From Okamejei kenojei (Eukaryota): DNA of 64,000 bases. A program made the position numbers and the translations under genes. This document shows positions 35,601 to 50,000 of this stretch, in pieces. The notes below the pieces were generated by a model. The model saw only the letters and a list, made by a program, of their open reading frames with translations. It did no database searches and was not told the origin of the DNA. The DNA lies in NCBI GenBank assembly GCA_035221665.1, contig CM069160.1, positions 34,348,001-34,412,000 of the forward strand. The letters run 5' to 3'. Each line of letters begins with the position of its first letter. Positions within the stretch are counted from its first letter, which is position 1.

Positions 35601-37030
35601 AAAGATAAGAAAAATGAAAATACTAGTAAAAAGAAAAGAGGTTTCCAAAGAGACAAAGAAATCAATTGCAATATTTGTCTCTAATCATTCCATTAATAAG
35701 TAAAACATTGTCATAGTAAATAATTATTAATTCTGATTAGTAAAGATATCTCACGTATAATGATTAGTATTTATTATTAGTTGTTATGAGTATCAGTTAT
35801 ACAAGTCTTATATCCTGAATGATTTCCAATCCACACTTTCCGCTCAGCTGCCTTAGCTCCCATTCATCCAGTCCCTGCAAAGTCATTTATTCAATGGATG
35901 GATCAAGCATCCCTCAAACCTTAATCACGGAGGCTAAGTCCAAGCGTCGCACAATGTTGGTGATAAAATGTTCCAAGCTGTTGTACTGACTCTACGGGGT
36001 GGCTGGATACTCATACCCATATTCAACTTCTCCACTGCCCTCAGATACTTGTCTCATTAAAATCTTGTCGGTTGCACCTGGAACCTATGCCCTGGCATAT
36101 CGATTTATACTGATTCCTGGGTCTTCAAATACCAAGACTTCGATTCTTGATGTTTTCTTGCAGTATCTCCTCAAAACTGTCAGTCACTGTACTTTTATTA
36201 TTCATTAGTCCTTGAGCGTTTGGTCTTGCTGGAGTCTCATCAATCTATTGCTCTGGCCTAGTAAAGCTTTTCCAGATCGCCATAGATAAATCTTGGCTGT
36301 ATATTTGCGTGAATTTGTTTGGGAACTTGATCTTTCTCTTCCCCTTCTGGATACCCCAAAATTCTTAGGTTCTGTCCTTCTCTGCGTTCTTCCAATCGCA
36401 CTACATTGCGTCCGGATTAGTTTGCCCATAATACAGTTAGACATTGATTTTCAGTAATAACTTTGCGTATCGAGCGCTTGTTTCGGCTAGTTCATCAAGG
36501 TATTTCATAACAATCGTCTGCGTGTTACAGTGCCGTTCCCACAGTTCAGCCTTTCTCATAGGCAGGTTCTCAATTTTTTTGTTTTATTCATTCAGCGCCC
36601 TTTGCCACCACTAATTATTTTATCTGCGATTTCGTTCTTCATCTCTTAAAGGGGTATTCTTGGGTTTGGTATTAATGTTATTATTAATTTCAGAGTTAAA
36701 GTCCAGCATTTGTCCTTTGATATTTTTTATTTCTTCACAACATTACACATCACTTTAATTCTTTCCCTAAACCACAATTTCACAGCAATAAATTTTTGAG
36801 TCTCACCTTTCTCATTTTTCTTATTTTTGTTCGTCACATAGTCTTGGGCAACGACCTACCTGACCCGAGCTTCATCGGCCTATTTCTTGTTCCACGTTTT
36901 TTCTGCCTATCAACGCACGAGTTTTTCGTTGTTTCAGCCTCCTGGTTCCCATGAAATCTTTAAATAAAACAGCGGATTCAGGCCATGGAGCTGTGCCTGA
37001 TAGCGCTCCTCATTCCACTTCAACCAAGTC
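32608..37030 (-). mobile_element. L1-clade LINE (L1-C): 5' UTR, ORF1, inter-ORF region and EN/RT part; degraded or noisy; truncated at the gap
   Basis: The reverse complement is colinear with L1-B, including the ORF1 RRTEPKNF segment, inter-ORF GCAGGGACTGGA..GTGGATTGGAA, EN WNVKG and TPGSRW. Confidence 0.85.
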
Positions 37031-37319
37031 GAATCAATGCAACGAAGGACTTTGCAGAGAGAGGCATGCGTTATAATATGTGGGTGTATAGTTATGTGTG
37101 GTATTATTTGGAGATAGTATGCGCGTGTGTTTGTGTGTGTGTGCGGTGTGTGTGTGGGTGTGGTGTGAGGTGTGTGTGTGTGAAAGTGCGCGCATATATA
37201 TATATCTGTGTGTTATGTGTGTTGTGTATGTTTGTGTATGAATATATGTGTGTTTAGAAGTACTGTGGTGTATATTATATTATATATAATATATAAATCG
37301 TGTGCGTGTGTGTATACCC

Positions 37320-38150
37320 ACGAACCACCTCAAGGCTGCGTGATCAGCCCCTCCTGATCAGCCCCCATCAAGTTGTGAATAATCATTGATGTGGACACGG
37401 AGTCAAGATAGAATGAGTATCGACCATTGACCAAATTGTTCCCAGCACCATAACCGCTCTCAACACCACAAAACTAGAACTGATGGTGGACTGGAGGGGT
37501 AGAATGGGGCCCCACAATCCCTTCATATCAACCGGCCCGCTGGTGAAAAGTGACACACAGTCTGGCGTGCTCATTTTCTAAGATCGCTCCTGGTCCGAGA
37601 ACACTGATGCAATTATAATGAAAGCACATCAGTGCCTCTTACTACCTGAAAGATTACGGAGTCGTTTGTCCAAAGAGATCTATCGAACTCTACACTTGCA
37701 CAGTAGGACATCTGACTGGTTGCATTGTGACTTGGTTTGGCACTTGAGCCCAGGAGCAGAAAAAGAATGCAAAAACTTGTGACCACTGCGAAGGGAACTA
37801 TCGCAGTCCCTGCCTCAAAAAGCTGCCACTTCATTCAAATACCCACATAGCCTGCCAAACTGACACTCTCCTCCCTGCCATCAGTATAAGTAACAGGAGC
37901 CTGAAATCTGTACACATCCGGTATCATGAACAGCACCTTCGCCCACAGACATCAGCTATTTAAACTCGCCATCAAACAAACTCTAGACTAACTCCTATGC
38001 ACTTATCTATTGAGTGTATATATATATATATGGTCTATAACAACGTCTGACGATGTGTATTTTAATGCTTACATAATTCTGTTGTGCTGCCGCATAGCAA
38101 AATGTCATGCCTATCAGGAACACATGACGATAAACTCTTGACTTGACTGT
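37320..38150 (+). mobile_element. Rex1/Babar-like LINE 3' fragment
   Basis: Degenerate LN..KT.ELMVD and KAHQCL..L motifs. Confidence 0.6.
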
Positions 38151-38169
38151 ATATGTGTATGTGTGTGTG

Positions 38170-38500
38170 GGGTAAACTTATTTGTTTCCCGGGGAGGCCT
38201 GTGGCGAGTTACAGCCCCCGGATGGGACATCTGGCAGAAGCAACGGTTGCAGAGTCAGGATGCACTTCGCTCGCTGTTGTTCCCGTCAGGGAGGTTACCA
38301 TCAGTGTCTGGAGAGGGAACACACACACGGTGTCCACGAGGATACTCTGGACCGACCGTGAACGCTGGTCGCCGCGGGGGTCGCGTGTTTGCGAGAAAGT
38401 TGGAGTTATATAATTGAATAGCAGTTCTCTGTATTCCTTCACATCACACATCCTTATTGTGTTCATGGTTGTATTTTTATTTTATTTTTTGAAAAAAAGT
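38170..38500 (+). mobile_element. Tx1-clade LINE 3' fragment
   Basis: SLEREH..VST....ERWSPRG C-terminus, homologous to 42490-43262. Confidence 0.6.
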
Positions 38501-39069
38501 ATTAGTATAATAAGATATATATATAATATATATATAATATATAATATAGTAAAAGTCTCACCCTGCATCGCGCGATCAACCACCTTAAATAGCCCCAGGG
38601 ACAACGTTCACCACTCTGGTCACCCGGATACGAAGGCCGATGGGCCTACTCCTCGCCCCTATTGTCCTATGTCTAGTGACATGCACACACCCTCCCAACG
38701 ATTATGGTACTTGCGTGCTCACCACACCCCAGGGGACCCACAAGAGCTTTGGTGCGATTTTGTCGCTGGGACTAGTGGCTGTGGTGGGCAAGTTGGGCCA
38801 AGGCCTGTATCCCCACGCTGTATTACTCCTGTGACTATGTGCCGCAAAAGCATTTTATCTGTATAACAACAGCAGAAGGCTGGTCTCCACACAACCGAAG
38901 AAGGACACAGAAGCTGATTGACTCAGCGGACAGGCTTCAGCTCGAAGAATGAATAGAGTGACTTTCGGAAGAAACCGTTTTTCAAACTGGATGACCACAA
39001 GAAGATTGCAGATAGTTGTGGTCGCAGCCCCAGATCATCAATCTGGATAAGAGTTCCTCTTGAATCTCT

Positions 39070-39633
39070 GCCACAAGGTGTTGAGGCCAGTTCATTGGCG
39101 TATATTAAAGAGTAGTGTAGAGTGGCCATTTGGCTCAAGTTCCAGGGGTATGGAGAGAAGGCAGTACAGGCCACTGAGGTGGATGATCACCAGGATCATT
39201 TTGAATGCGTGCGCTCGAAGGCCGATGCCTACTCCTGCACCTATTTCTTCTACTTTTTATTTTTCTATCACGCAAACCAACTTCCCCTCAGTGAATTTCA
39301 CTCATAGAGGATACTGTATGGAAACAGGGCCCTTCGGCCAACGGCAACACCGGCCAACAGTCAACAGCTAAACTAGTTCCCACCTGCCTGCGCTTGGTCC
39401 ATATCCCTCCAAACCTGTACCTGTCTAACTGTTTCATAAACGATGGGATAGTCCCAAACTCTCTTACCTCCTGTGGCATCTTGTTCCATACACACACCAC
39501 CACTTTGTGCGAAAACGTTACCCCTCAGATACCTAATAACCTTGAACCTATGTCCTCTGGTCCTCCATGTCCATACTCTGGGCAAGAGACTCTGTGCATC
39601 TACCCGATCTATTCCTCTCATGATTTTGTACAC
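39070..39633. mobile_element. Two CR1 3' fragments, tail to tail
   Basis: Plus-strand CR1 3' UTR at 39070-39260; minus-strand YKIMRGIDRVD..RTRGHRFKV at 39300-39633. Confidence 0.8.
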
Positions 39634-39829
39634 ATCTACACTTCATGCTGCCTAAGCAAGGCCACATTTACATTCCCCCTGTTTTATTTCCCGCGCCTCA
39701 CTGTGGGGGTTTTTTACGGAACTGGATTTGGGGGATTAAATGGGAGCCCGTTCAGTCGCCGACCCAAGTTGTCCACCTTCTGCCCCACAGCCCCTGATCC
39801 CCGCTCCTGACGCCGGTCCTGACCCACCG

Positions 39830-40364
39830 TTTCCACATCCAGAGGGGAACCCGACAGAATTCTCTACCACTTGTCTTTAGCGAAGCGTGAAGAAAAGGAT
39901 AATGTTTCTCCCGTGAATTTATCCATGAAGGTGATGGAGATTGGACTCCGGTGTCCGCGTCGTAAAATGAACTGGTCCCGGACTCGTAACTGAGATAAAC
40001 TCCCACCCTCCCTGGATGGACGGGCGGGAGAGGGATGAGGGAGTGATTGCAAAAACCCCTCACCCTGCCGCGCGATGCTCCAGCACCGATTCCAGTCATG
40101 GGGTCAGTTTGGACACGTCTGTTCCTCTCCTCAGACTCTTCGATGAATCCCAAACTCCACCACACACACCCCGCCACCTCCACCTCCCAGTAATGTCTCC
40201 CCGATGTGAATCCTTCCGATCCCAGCACACACACCAGTCTGTAAAACCTTTCCCGTGTCAGGGAATTTTCCTCTCGATCAACCGGTCCTAGTCCGCCTGA
40301 CACTCTCCGATCCTCAGACACCTCGAGCCGCGATGCGCTGTTTCCACATCCAGGGTGACGGAGA
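39830..40364 (-). CDS. B30.2 (PRY/SPRY) terminal exon
   Basis: [10 protein letters not shown]; [23 protein letters not shown]; [18 protein letters not shown]. Acceptor at 40365; 3' end approximate. Confidence 0.9.
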
Positions 40365-42409
40365 CTGGGGGAGAAGCAGAGACATCAGAGAGTCCCCGGG
40401 GGTCGGGGAGACTCGGGCAGCGCGGTCGCGGGACCGGGGCGAGGCCGCTCGGCCTGGGCACAGCGGCGGGACAACTGGACGATATCCCGGCCTTTTCCCG
40501 CCGCCAAACAACATCCGATGACAAAAACTTTCCAGCTGGCTTTATCCTAATTGGGGTGGAAAGTGGAGGGAACGGGAAACGGTGAGAAATGCAAAAACAA
40601 CACTGCTGGAGGAAGTCCGCGGGTAGCAACACGAGTAAAAATGACAAACACGTCGAGCTGTCTGAGGAAGCAAAAAATGCTGGACAAACTCAGCGGGTGG
40701 GGCAGCATCTATGAAGCCAATTTATATTCCTCTTCGGTGGTTTAAACACTATCCTTAATTTCCCTCGTTAGCTACGTTGAGTCCGCCTCCCTGTTTTTAT
40801 GTTCGCCAGTCAGGATGAACATTTGTTGTAGTTCATCCATGCGATCCTTAAATCTTGCCATCGCAATCTCCTCCACCGTCAACCCTATAAGTATAATTTT
40901 TGCCTGTCTATCCCAGCCAATTCCCGTCTCCTGCCATCAAAGTCTATTTCTTGAAGTTCGGGACCCTGGTCTGTGAATGAACCGTGTCACGCTCCATACT
41001 AATGCAGAAGTCCACCATATTATGGTCATCTGTTGCCAAAGGGGCTTTGTCACAACAAGATACTAACGCATACTTTCCTCATTACACAATACCATCTAGG
41101 ATGACCTACCCTCTAGTTGGTTCCTCTACATAGTCGCTTAGAAAACCATCATGTATACACTCCTCAGTGTTGTTACCAATCGGCCCAAAATATATGTAGA
41201 TTAAAGTCACCCATGATAAGTGATGTACTGCTTGTGTCTCTGCTACTCATTCATATGTTATCCTCAATTGTAAGAATTGCACGTGGTTTGGAAATCCTTT
41301 GTAAACTATGACCTCCGTTAAAAACGTGCTTCTTTTTAAAATATAACTGTGTTTATTCTGCGTCGATTCGCTGGAAGTAACCGCTCCTTGGTTGGAGGGG
41401 ACACCACGCTGTAAGTGTGATTATTGACAGCTAATCCCCTTTAGCTGTAACTTGAGTAGTGAAGTTTTAAGAAAGAACTGCAGATGCTGGAAAAAATCGA
41501 AGGTGGACAAAACGCTGAGATACTCATCGGGTGAAGCAGTTGCTGCCTCACTCCGCTGAGTTTCTCCAGCATGGCTGTCTACCTTTGAGTAGTGAGGTAA
41601 GTTACATCCTTTGAAATATAGTTGATACAGTATAATCCCCTTATCGTGAAGTACCTGTAGATACTTATAAGTAGATAGGACAAAGTCTTGATTTAAAAAA
41701 CATTAAGGCTCTCGTACGGTAATCAATGCCATCACACGCACAGACTCACACACACAAACTCACAAACTCACACAGACACACACACACTCACTCGCACACC
41801 ACGCACACACCCATACACTCACGCACATGCCGCATGCACACTCACACACACGCTCACGCACACACACACCTCACGCACTCACACACACACACACCACACA
41901 CGCACACACACACGTCACGCTTGCATGCAAGGCACAACAACATACACCACATCCACACACACACACACACACACACGCGCTCGCGCGCACGCACACGCAC
42001 ACACACGTAAAGCCAAGATCTTACCTGGTGGCTACGTAACCTTTTCCACTCTGAAAACAGAAACAAACAAGACTGATATGCAAGAAAACTCTCTGCAATG
42101 TAATCTGTGGTTAATTTCATAGCAAGAAGCTCCTGATGGACCCCCTGCAGTATCACACACCGCTGTCCAAAGGTGATAATGAGTTGCTGCAAGTGAATGT
42201 TGCACCTGTCTGCGTGTGTGTGCGCACGCGTGTGTTGTGTGCGGTGTGTGTGTGTGTGTGTGTGTGTGTGTGATTGTTTGTGTGTACTGCACACGTTTGC
42301 CATAGTTATTCTCCTCCCCCGCTCCTCTCTCTTCTTGTCTGTCTCTGTCTCTGTCTCTCTCTGTGTCTCTTCCCACCAACCCTCTCTCTCTCTTTCTCAC
42401 TCTTCCCAA

Positions 42410-42440
<31 letters not shown>

Positions 42441-45400
42441 CTCCTCTCTCTCTCCTCTCCTCTCTCTCCTCTCTCTCTCTCTCTCTCTTTGTTTTTTTTT
42501 ATGTTTTCAAAAACTTTATTCGACACAATCATATAATACAACACATCAAACCATAATCAAAAATTGCACTATATAATAAAAAAAAATCATTATAGTACAA
42601 CAATACAATAGCATTGTTCTACAATACACTGAACCCCACGCGGTGACCAGCGCCCACGGAAGGCCTCCAGAGTCCCCGTGACACCGCATTTTCCCTCTCA
42701 GGGACACAACGTGCACGGACGTAGGCCCGGAAAAGGGGCAGGCAGTCCGACTCTAGCCTGACCATCGACCCGCCCGCTGCCGGACACGCGAATAGGCCAT
42801 CGGCGCAGGCCAGGAGCAAACCCAGACAGTAATCCCCCCCCCCCCGACCCCCACTCGGCTCTCCCCACTCCCTGCCTTGTGTCCGAGACACTAGAATTGT
42901 GGGGGGGGGGGGGGGGACTAAAATGCACCAGAACATTGAGGAACAACCCCTTCAGATATTGGTACAGGGCAGTAGCCTCTCACACTCCATATACACGCGT
43001 GAACACGGTCTCTTGATCGCCACAGAAAATACATCGGCAGACAGCCCGTGAACGACTCAAAAGTTTTTATTACTGATACCACACCAACCCCAGGTCCAAC
43101 CAAGGTAAAGGAACTCCACTCCCAGCTATTTAGAAGGAACCCCCCCCCCCCCAATCGTACAGGGGAACTCCTTCCGCTCTAGTAGAAGGACCCCCACTGG
43201 GGACCTCCCCCGCCTCAGGTGGTAACACAGCCTGTCCCGCCATGGTGTGTGTCGGACGGGGACATCTCTCTCTCTCTCTCTCGTCTCTCTCTCCTCTCTC
43301 TGTCCTTCTTCCCTCGACCCCCACCCCCCCTCCACCCCCTCCTCTCCCTACCCACCCTCTCTCCTCCCTCTCTCTCTCTCTCTCTCTCTCCACCCTCTCT
43401 CTCTCTCTTCCCTCTCTCTCTTCCCACCCACTCCTCTCTCTCTCTGTGTCCCTGTCTGCCTCTCTCTTTCCTCTTCCCCCCCCTCTTACTCTTTCTCTCT
43501 TTCTCTCTCTTCCACCCTCTCTCTTTCGCGCTCTTCCCACCTCTCTCTTCTTTCTCGCTGCGCGCTCTCTCTCTCTCTCTCGCTCTCCGTGATGAGGGCA
43601 GCGCTGTAGATATTGTGTACGTGAAGTTCAGTATGGCGTTCGACAAGGTTCCGCATGGTAGGCTGCTCAGGAAGTTAGATCGCACGGCATCCCAAAGAGA
43701 GATAGCCGAGTGGATAGCAAATTGGCTCCATGGTAAAAGCAGAGGGTGATGGTGGAAGGTTTGCCTCTCGACTGGAGCCTGTCACTAATGGTTTGGTCTC
43801 AGGTTCGTGCTGGCCTGTTACTGTTTGTCATCTACACCAATGATTTGGATCGAACATACATGGCAATAATACTGATGATACGAAAGTTGATGGTTTTTGC
43901 AGATAGTGAAGATGGATGCGAAAAATTGCAGCAGGATCTGGATGATTGGCCGAGTGGGCTGAGGATTGGTTATGTAATTTAATACAGAAAATCTGAGGTG
44001 TTGTATTTTGGGAATCTAACACGGCAGGGATCTAATCACCTACAACATGAATGGTAGTGCTCTGGGGAGTGCTGTAGAGCAGAGGTCTAGGATGCAGTAA
44101 AAGGTGCATGTTCCTTCAAGGATGGGCATCGCAGTTACATACGGTGCTTTTGGCTCTGAGCTTTATCAGTCAGAGTATGAATATAGAGTTTTGGGACGTC
44201 TGTAGTAGTAGCCTATAAGCGTGGTGCGACGGCATTTAAGAGTATTAGTGTTCAGTTAAAGGCTGTGCACCAAGTTAGGGGAAATGTTTGTCTCTCTCCA
44301 TGTACAATGGTGGGGGAAAGTGTTGTCTGTCTCTACATCTACAATGGTGGGGAGTGTGGTCTTGTGGGACTGGGTACATCTACACGAAAGGTGTGGGGGA
44401 CTGGGCTACATCTACATATGTGGAGTGTGTCTGTGTGGGACTGGGCGACAATCTACAATGTGGAGTGGGTCAGTGTGGGATGTGTGTTCTGGCTGGGCTC
44501 TACATCTATATGGTTGGAGTGTGGTCCTGTGTGACTGTGGATCTCTACTATCTACAATGACTGTGTGGGATGCAGTAATTTACGATCTCGTCACAGAACT
44601 GCTGACTCTCCTCAGTCTCCTAAGCAAGTAGAGACATTGGTGACATCTTTGGCTGTTTGCTTCACTGTACCTGTCCACAACCAGATCACTGGAAATATTA
44701 ACACGAGATACACGAGGCTCTCACCCACTTGCACTTCACCACCACTGGTGCTGATTGGGGCTTGTACTCCATCGGACATTCCTGAAATTAACGCACAAAC
44801 ACGGCACGTCTTCGGATGTGGGAGGAAACCGGAGCAACCCGTAGAAACCCATCACAGGAGAACATGCAAACTCCACACAGACAGCACCCGAGGTCAGGGT
44901 CGAACCCGCGTCTCTGGGCTGTGAGATATCCATTCTCTCCCAGCAGCGCCACTGTGTCGCCATTCCTTCTCATTTGGGAATATTTCTACACTAAATTCTT
45001 ACCAAGTTCCTCTACGATGGATTGCGCCCGTTCCAGCTTCTGGAAGGAGAAACCAGTGTTTACATTTGAACAATGAGCATCAGAGACAAATCTATCAGAG
45101 TCAGAGGTCAATCCAAACAAGGCTGAAATAAGTGCAGACAATGAGGAAGGTCCCGCGCGGGTCAGGCAGCTGCAGAGGAGGAAAAACAGAATTCCTGGTT
45201 CACGTTGACAGGGTCTCATCAGGCCTGGACAATGTCAGATGGTGACAGGTGTGAGACAATGTAGCGGAAAATAAAGGCGGGAAAACAAATGTTGTGTAAC
45301 ATGTGAAAGGCAGGAGAGGGAATGACGAGAACGGATCAGGTGAGTGAATACACTTGGGTCCGGGGACGTTTCAATGGATTCACCCAGGACCAACAGTTGC

Positions 45401-46968
45401 TGCAGGAAAATGTGAACAACGGCGATCATTGTGTGAAACGTTGAGGACAATGTTGAATGGGAAGGCTGCGAGATGCCGGATTCAAAGGCGGGGCGGGTCC
45501 CCACCCTCTGCTCAGCCTCATTAGATCAGTGTAGGAGAGCGAGGGAGAGCACACACTGGGACGGGACAACGCAATGAAAGTGACAAGTGAGTGAAAGCTC
45601 AGTTGACAACGGGGAAAGCTGAACAGCGATGTTCATCCAAGTGATCACCTCATCTGTGATCCGTCTCTCCACAGTGGAGATCACATACAGGAAACCGAGA
45701 GACAAGTCCAAGTGACTCTGTGTCCGGTTAAATCTCCTCCCATACGGCACCGCCTCATGCACACAACAGATGTCACAAAATCTGCCGCTTTAACCCCCCC
45801 ATTATCCCCAGCCTCCCCTGACACTGATACTCTCTCCAGGGCAACATTTACCTCTGAAGGGGAAGCCTCGCGGAGAGTGCTCTGGTTTTCACAAAACTCG
45901 CGGGTACGCCCTGGTGGGAGTCGCAATCTGCCAGAATCCCGATTTCCTGACCTGTGCATCTTACTGCTGTTGGAGAAACAGGAAGGAGATTAACGTACCT
46001 TAAATGCGTCTGTTTAGTTTCACGTATCCAATAAAACACAGCAACGATGGGCGGCAACAAGAAGACAAATGCGTGAGGACCACGGCAGGGCCCAGTCAGG
46101 AACCTCCAGGGAAGATATAATCTGCAGAGTGANNNNNNNNNNNNNNNNNNNNNNNNNNNNNNNNNNNNNNNNNNNNNNNNNNNNNNNNNNNNNNNNNNNN
46201 NNNNNNNNNNNNNNNNNNNNNNNNNNNNNNNNNNNNNNNNNNNNNNNNNNNNNNNNNNNNNNNNNNNNNNNNNNNNNNNNNNNNNNNNNCACACACACAC
46301 GCCAAAGACACACACACACACACACACACACAAAGAACACACACACACACACAGCATCACAGCCACACACACACGCAAAGACACACACAAAGACACACAC
46401 ACACACACACACACCAAAGACACACACACACACACACACACCAAAAGACACCAACACACACACCGCAAAGACACACACACACACACCACCCACGCAAAGG
46501 ACACCACACCATCNNNNNNNNNNNNNNNNNNNNNNNNNNNNNNNNNNNNNNNNNNNNNNNNNNNNNNNNNNNNNNNNNNNNNNNNNNNNNNNNNNNNNNN
46601 NNNNNNNNNNNNNNNNNNNNNNNNNNNNNNNNNNNNNNNNNNNNNNNNNNNNNNNNNNNNNNNNNNNNNNNNNNNNNNNNNNNNNNNNNNNNNNNNNNNN
46701 NNNNNNNNNNNNNNNNNNNNNNNNNNNNNNNNNNNNCACACACAACACACACGCAAAGACACGCACACACACACCACACACACAAAGCCACACACACACA
46801 CGCAAAAGATACACACACACAACACACAAAGACACACACACACACACCACACACACACAATCGCGCGCGCGCGCGCGCGCACAGACAAAAGACACACACC
46901 TCTCGCCGTGACATCAGTATATATCGGTATATATGTCAGTATAAAAACTCACTATATATACTGTCTCA

Positions 46969-47026
<58 letters not shown>

Positions 47027-50000
47027 CTGCAGGTGCTGGTTTAAATTGAAGGGGAGACACAAAATGCTGGAGTAACTCTTCAGAACAGATTGAAGTCTGA
47101 AGGAGTGTCTCGCCTCGAAATGTCGCCCATTCCTTCTCGCCAGAGATACTGCCTCGCCCGCAGCATTACTCCAGCATTGTGTATCTGTGTGTGTATATAT
47201 ATATAAATACACACACACACACACACACACACACATAGGATATATATCGGTATATATCCTACCGTAATATCTGTAAGGATTTACTGGAAGAGCCAGCAAT
47301 GGCAGCGCTCGTGTTTGTTAATGGCCTGTTGAAGCTAAAGGAGGCTTGAGAACTTCTCCCCTGCCACTGATGTTTAGGTTGTAGCTGCCTGAGGAAAGTC
47401 ACGAGTTCCAACGCTGGCACTGAGCAACTAAATTACACTTTAATCTAAGCCGAAGGCTAAATTTTAGGACGGGTGCAACGAACCAACCACTTGGTCTAGA
47501 CGATGCCCCAACATGGTCCATGCGGGACAACGCCACAATTGTTGGTCTTCCTGTTGATGGGATGGCAGCAGTGGTTTACAATGTGGTGCATCCCGACACG
47601 CACACGTGGAACCTCGCTCTCTCAGCGGGCAGAGCAGCGGCGGGATGGAGGATTAAAGTGACGGCCAATTAGATTATCATGGGTTATCCTTGCAGACTTA
47701 GACAGTGAGCCTTCAATTTATGGGCTATTGTTGTGAAAAGACAACGTTGGAGGGTAAACGCCTCTGTTTATACCGCATCTCCACAACTATTCAGATCAAA
47801 GCTTAATTTACATATTTGTCATGTGATTCACTCAAACACTGGTCTCGAGGGTGATTCACGTGAAGTCCAGCCCAATGGAACTGATCCCTCTCTTCCCTTC
47901 ACACTGGGACTTCCACCTCAGGAATTGAACCCATGTTTCCCACAAAGATTGTGGACCCTAATGGGAACTGCATGACCTGATTCGCCCGGGCCCATTTACA
48001 CAGGTCTCGGGTAGTCATCCACACAACCGTTTCCCTTCACGGTTCTGCTTTGTAATCGAACCATGACGTCTCCTACAGTGGAACTTCATCCCATCCTCGT
48101 GGTGTCAATAGATCCCATGTGGTCAATAATGACAGGGCCGTGCGTGCAAATGCTCTGGAGTGCTCGTGGTTTGTCCATTTATAAGTCTCTTTAGAGAGCG
48201 TCCTGGGATTTGAAAGTGTTTGTGTCGATGTCCAACATGGTTGGAGAACTTGTGGACTCAGTTGGCCTTTCATCCATTACAGATTTAAAAGGCAGTAAAG
48301 CAGCAGGATCGGAGCATATAGTAAACTGTATTAAAAAATCAGTGATCATTTCCCCACGGAAGTGAGATGTGGTTATAAATTCATCACTGAGAAACATGTG
48401 TGTGAGCTCCTCAGTGAGCATTCTGGGCTGTCGGGTTTCAATGGAATGTAAATCACCTTTATATCCTTCAATGATCAAACAGAAACGTTTGCATACCTGA
48501 TATTTTAACAATTGCCTCACGTCGCAAGTTTAACCATCTGTATTGAACAACACACTTGAACGTGTGTTGTTGATTGCCTCGTTACTGTTACGTTGCTCTC
48601 CACATTTACAAGAACCCCGTATCTTCATGGTACATTGTTTCAGCTTGTGGTAAAACCTGTCCATCTCGCCGATCCACAGCATCTTTGGTCCAGGATACCA
48701 TCCCACCGGACTTACACACGTAGCTGGATTCCATCTCCCTGGTCCCTGCAACCGAATCCGGGGCAAACTCCCCAAAGCTGCATCAGTGACAGATGTAGAA
48801 ATAACAATAGATCAGGAAGAATAGCAACTTGGACCAAACAACATTTTGTTCAAGTACTCAAACCTCTTGCAACAATACATACAATTTCTAATTATTTCTA
48901 GTTCCAATGGAAAGTCATTGAGCAGAAATGTCAACTCTGCTCTCTCTCCTCAGATGCTGCCTGACCTGCTGAATGTTTTCAGTATCCCGGTAAATTAACC
49001 AGAGTGGGGGGTTACATGGTAAATGGCTGGGGCCCTGGGGAGAGAGTGTGGAACGGAGATATCTGAGGTCCGAGTATATGGCCACCTGGAAGTAGCAACA
49101 TTAATTACAAAGTGTGAAGAAGGGTGTTGTCATGCTTGCCTCCATCGGTCAGAACATTGATGACAAGAGTCGGGATGTTGTGCTACAACTGTACAAGGCA
49201 TCGCTGAGACCACACATGGAAAAACTGTCCATCGTTCTGCTCACCTGACCAGAGGAAACTCTCGTCAAGCTGAAAGGGTTCAGGAAAGATTCACAATGAC
49301 CTTGGCAGCTTTGGGATGACCTGAACATTTCATAATGCTTCCTTATTTTCTTTTCCACTAAATTTGCAACATGTCTTGTCAACCAAGACTCAGATGTAAT
49401 CCATCCGTGTATTTCTCCTCACAATTATCATGTTGTTCCTTCATTCTGATCACTGGTCTTTAAACAACCCCCACTAGTCTGATATTAACTTCTCCAAATC
49501 TACTCTCTCCCAACTCCAGCCTGATACTGAAGTAGTCTCGACCCGAAACGTCACCCATTCCTTTCTCTGCAGAGATGTTGCCTGTCCCGCTGAGTAAACA
49601 TACTCCAGCAATCTGTGAAACATTCCTTCTCTCCAGAGATGCTGCCCTGCCCCGCTGAGTTACTCCAGCAATCTGTGAAACATTCCTTCTCCTCCAGAAT
49701 GCTGCCTGCCCCGCTGAGTTACTCCAGCATTTTTTGTTTCCAGACTGATACTGTTGAAAATAGCCTTTCCCTAATTAAGCATTATTGAGGTCCATCTGAT
49801 CACTTCCACAACTAGCTGAACATTTATTGAATTGTGATTACTGTTGTCAACATGCTCTCCTTTGAAACCCCACCTGGCTGCGCTCATTTCCCAAATAAAT
49901 GTCCTGTATAGTCCATCCATGGTTGGAGTAACGGCATAATGTGTCAGAAAACCCTACTGGAATGCAGCCAAATGCTGCCACATCTGAACCCTTGCCCCTA

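Noticed and set aside
39752-40321. B30.2 exon as part of a TRIM gene
   Set aside because: No RING or B-box exon found. IgV, IgC, TM and short cytoplasmic exons lie upstream on the same strand, fitting butyrophilin.
45384-45430. [15 protein letters not shown] as the leader exon of a third gene
   Set aside because: No downstream Ig exon; better read as an acceptor plus mini-exon, or chance.
45849-45966. Apparent exon [14 protein letters not shown] after the TM exon
   Set aside because: It would require an intron of only ~32 nt after the TM donor and has no homology support.
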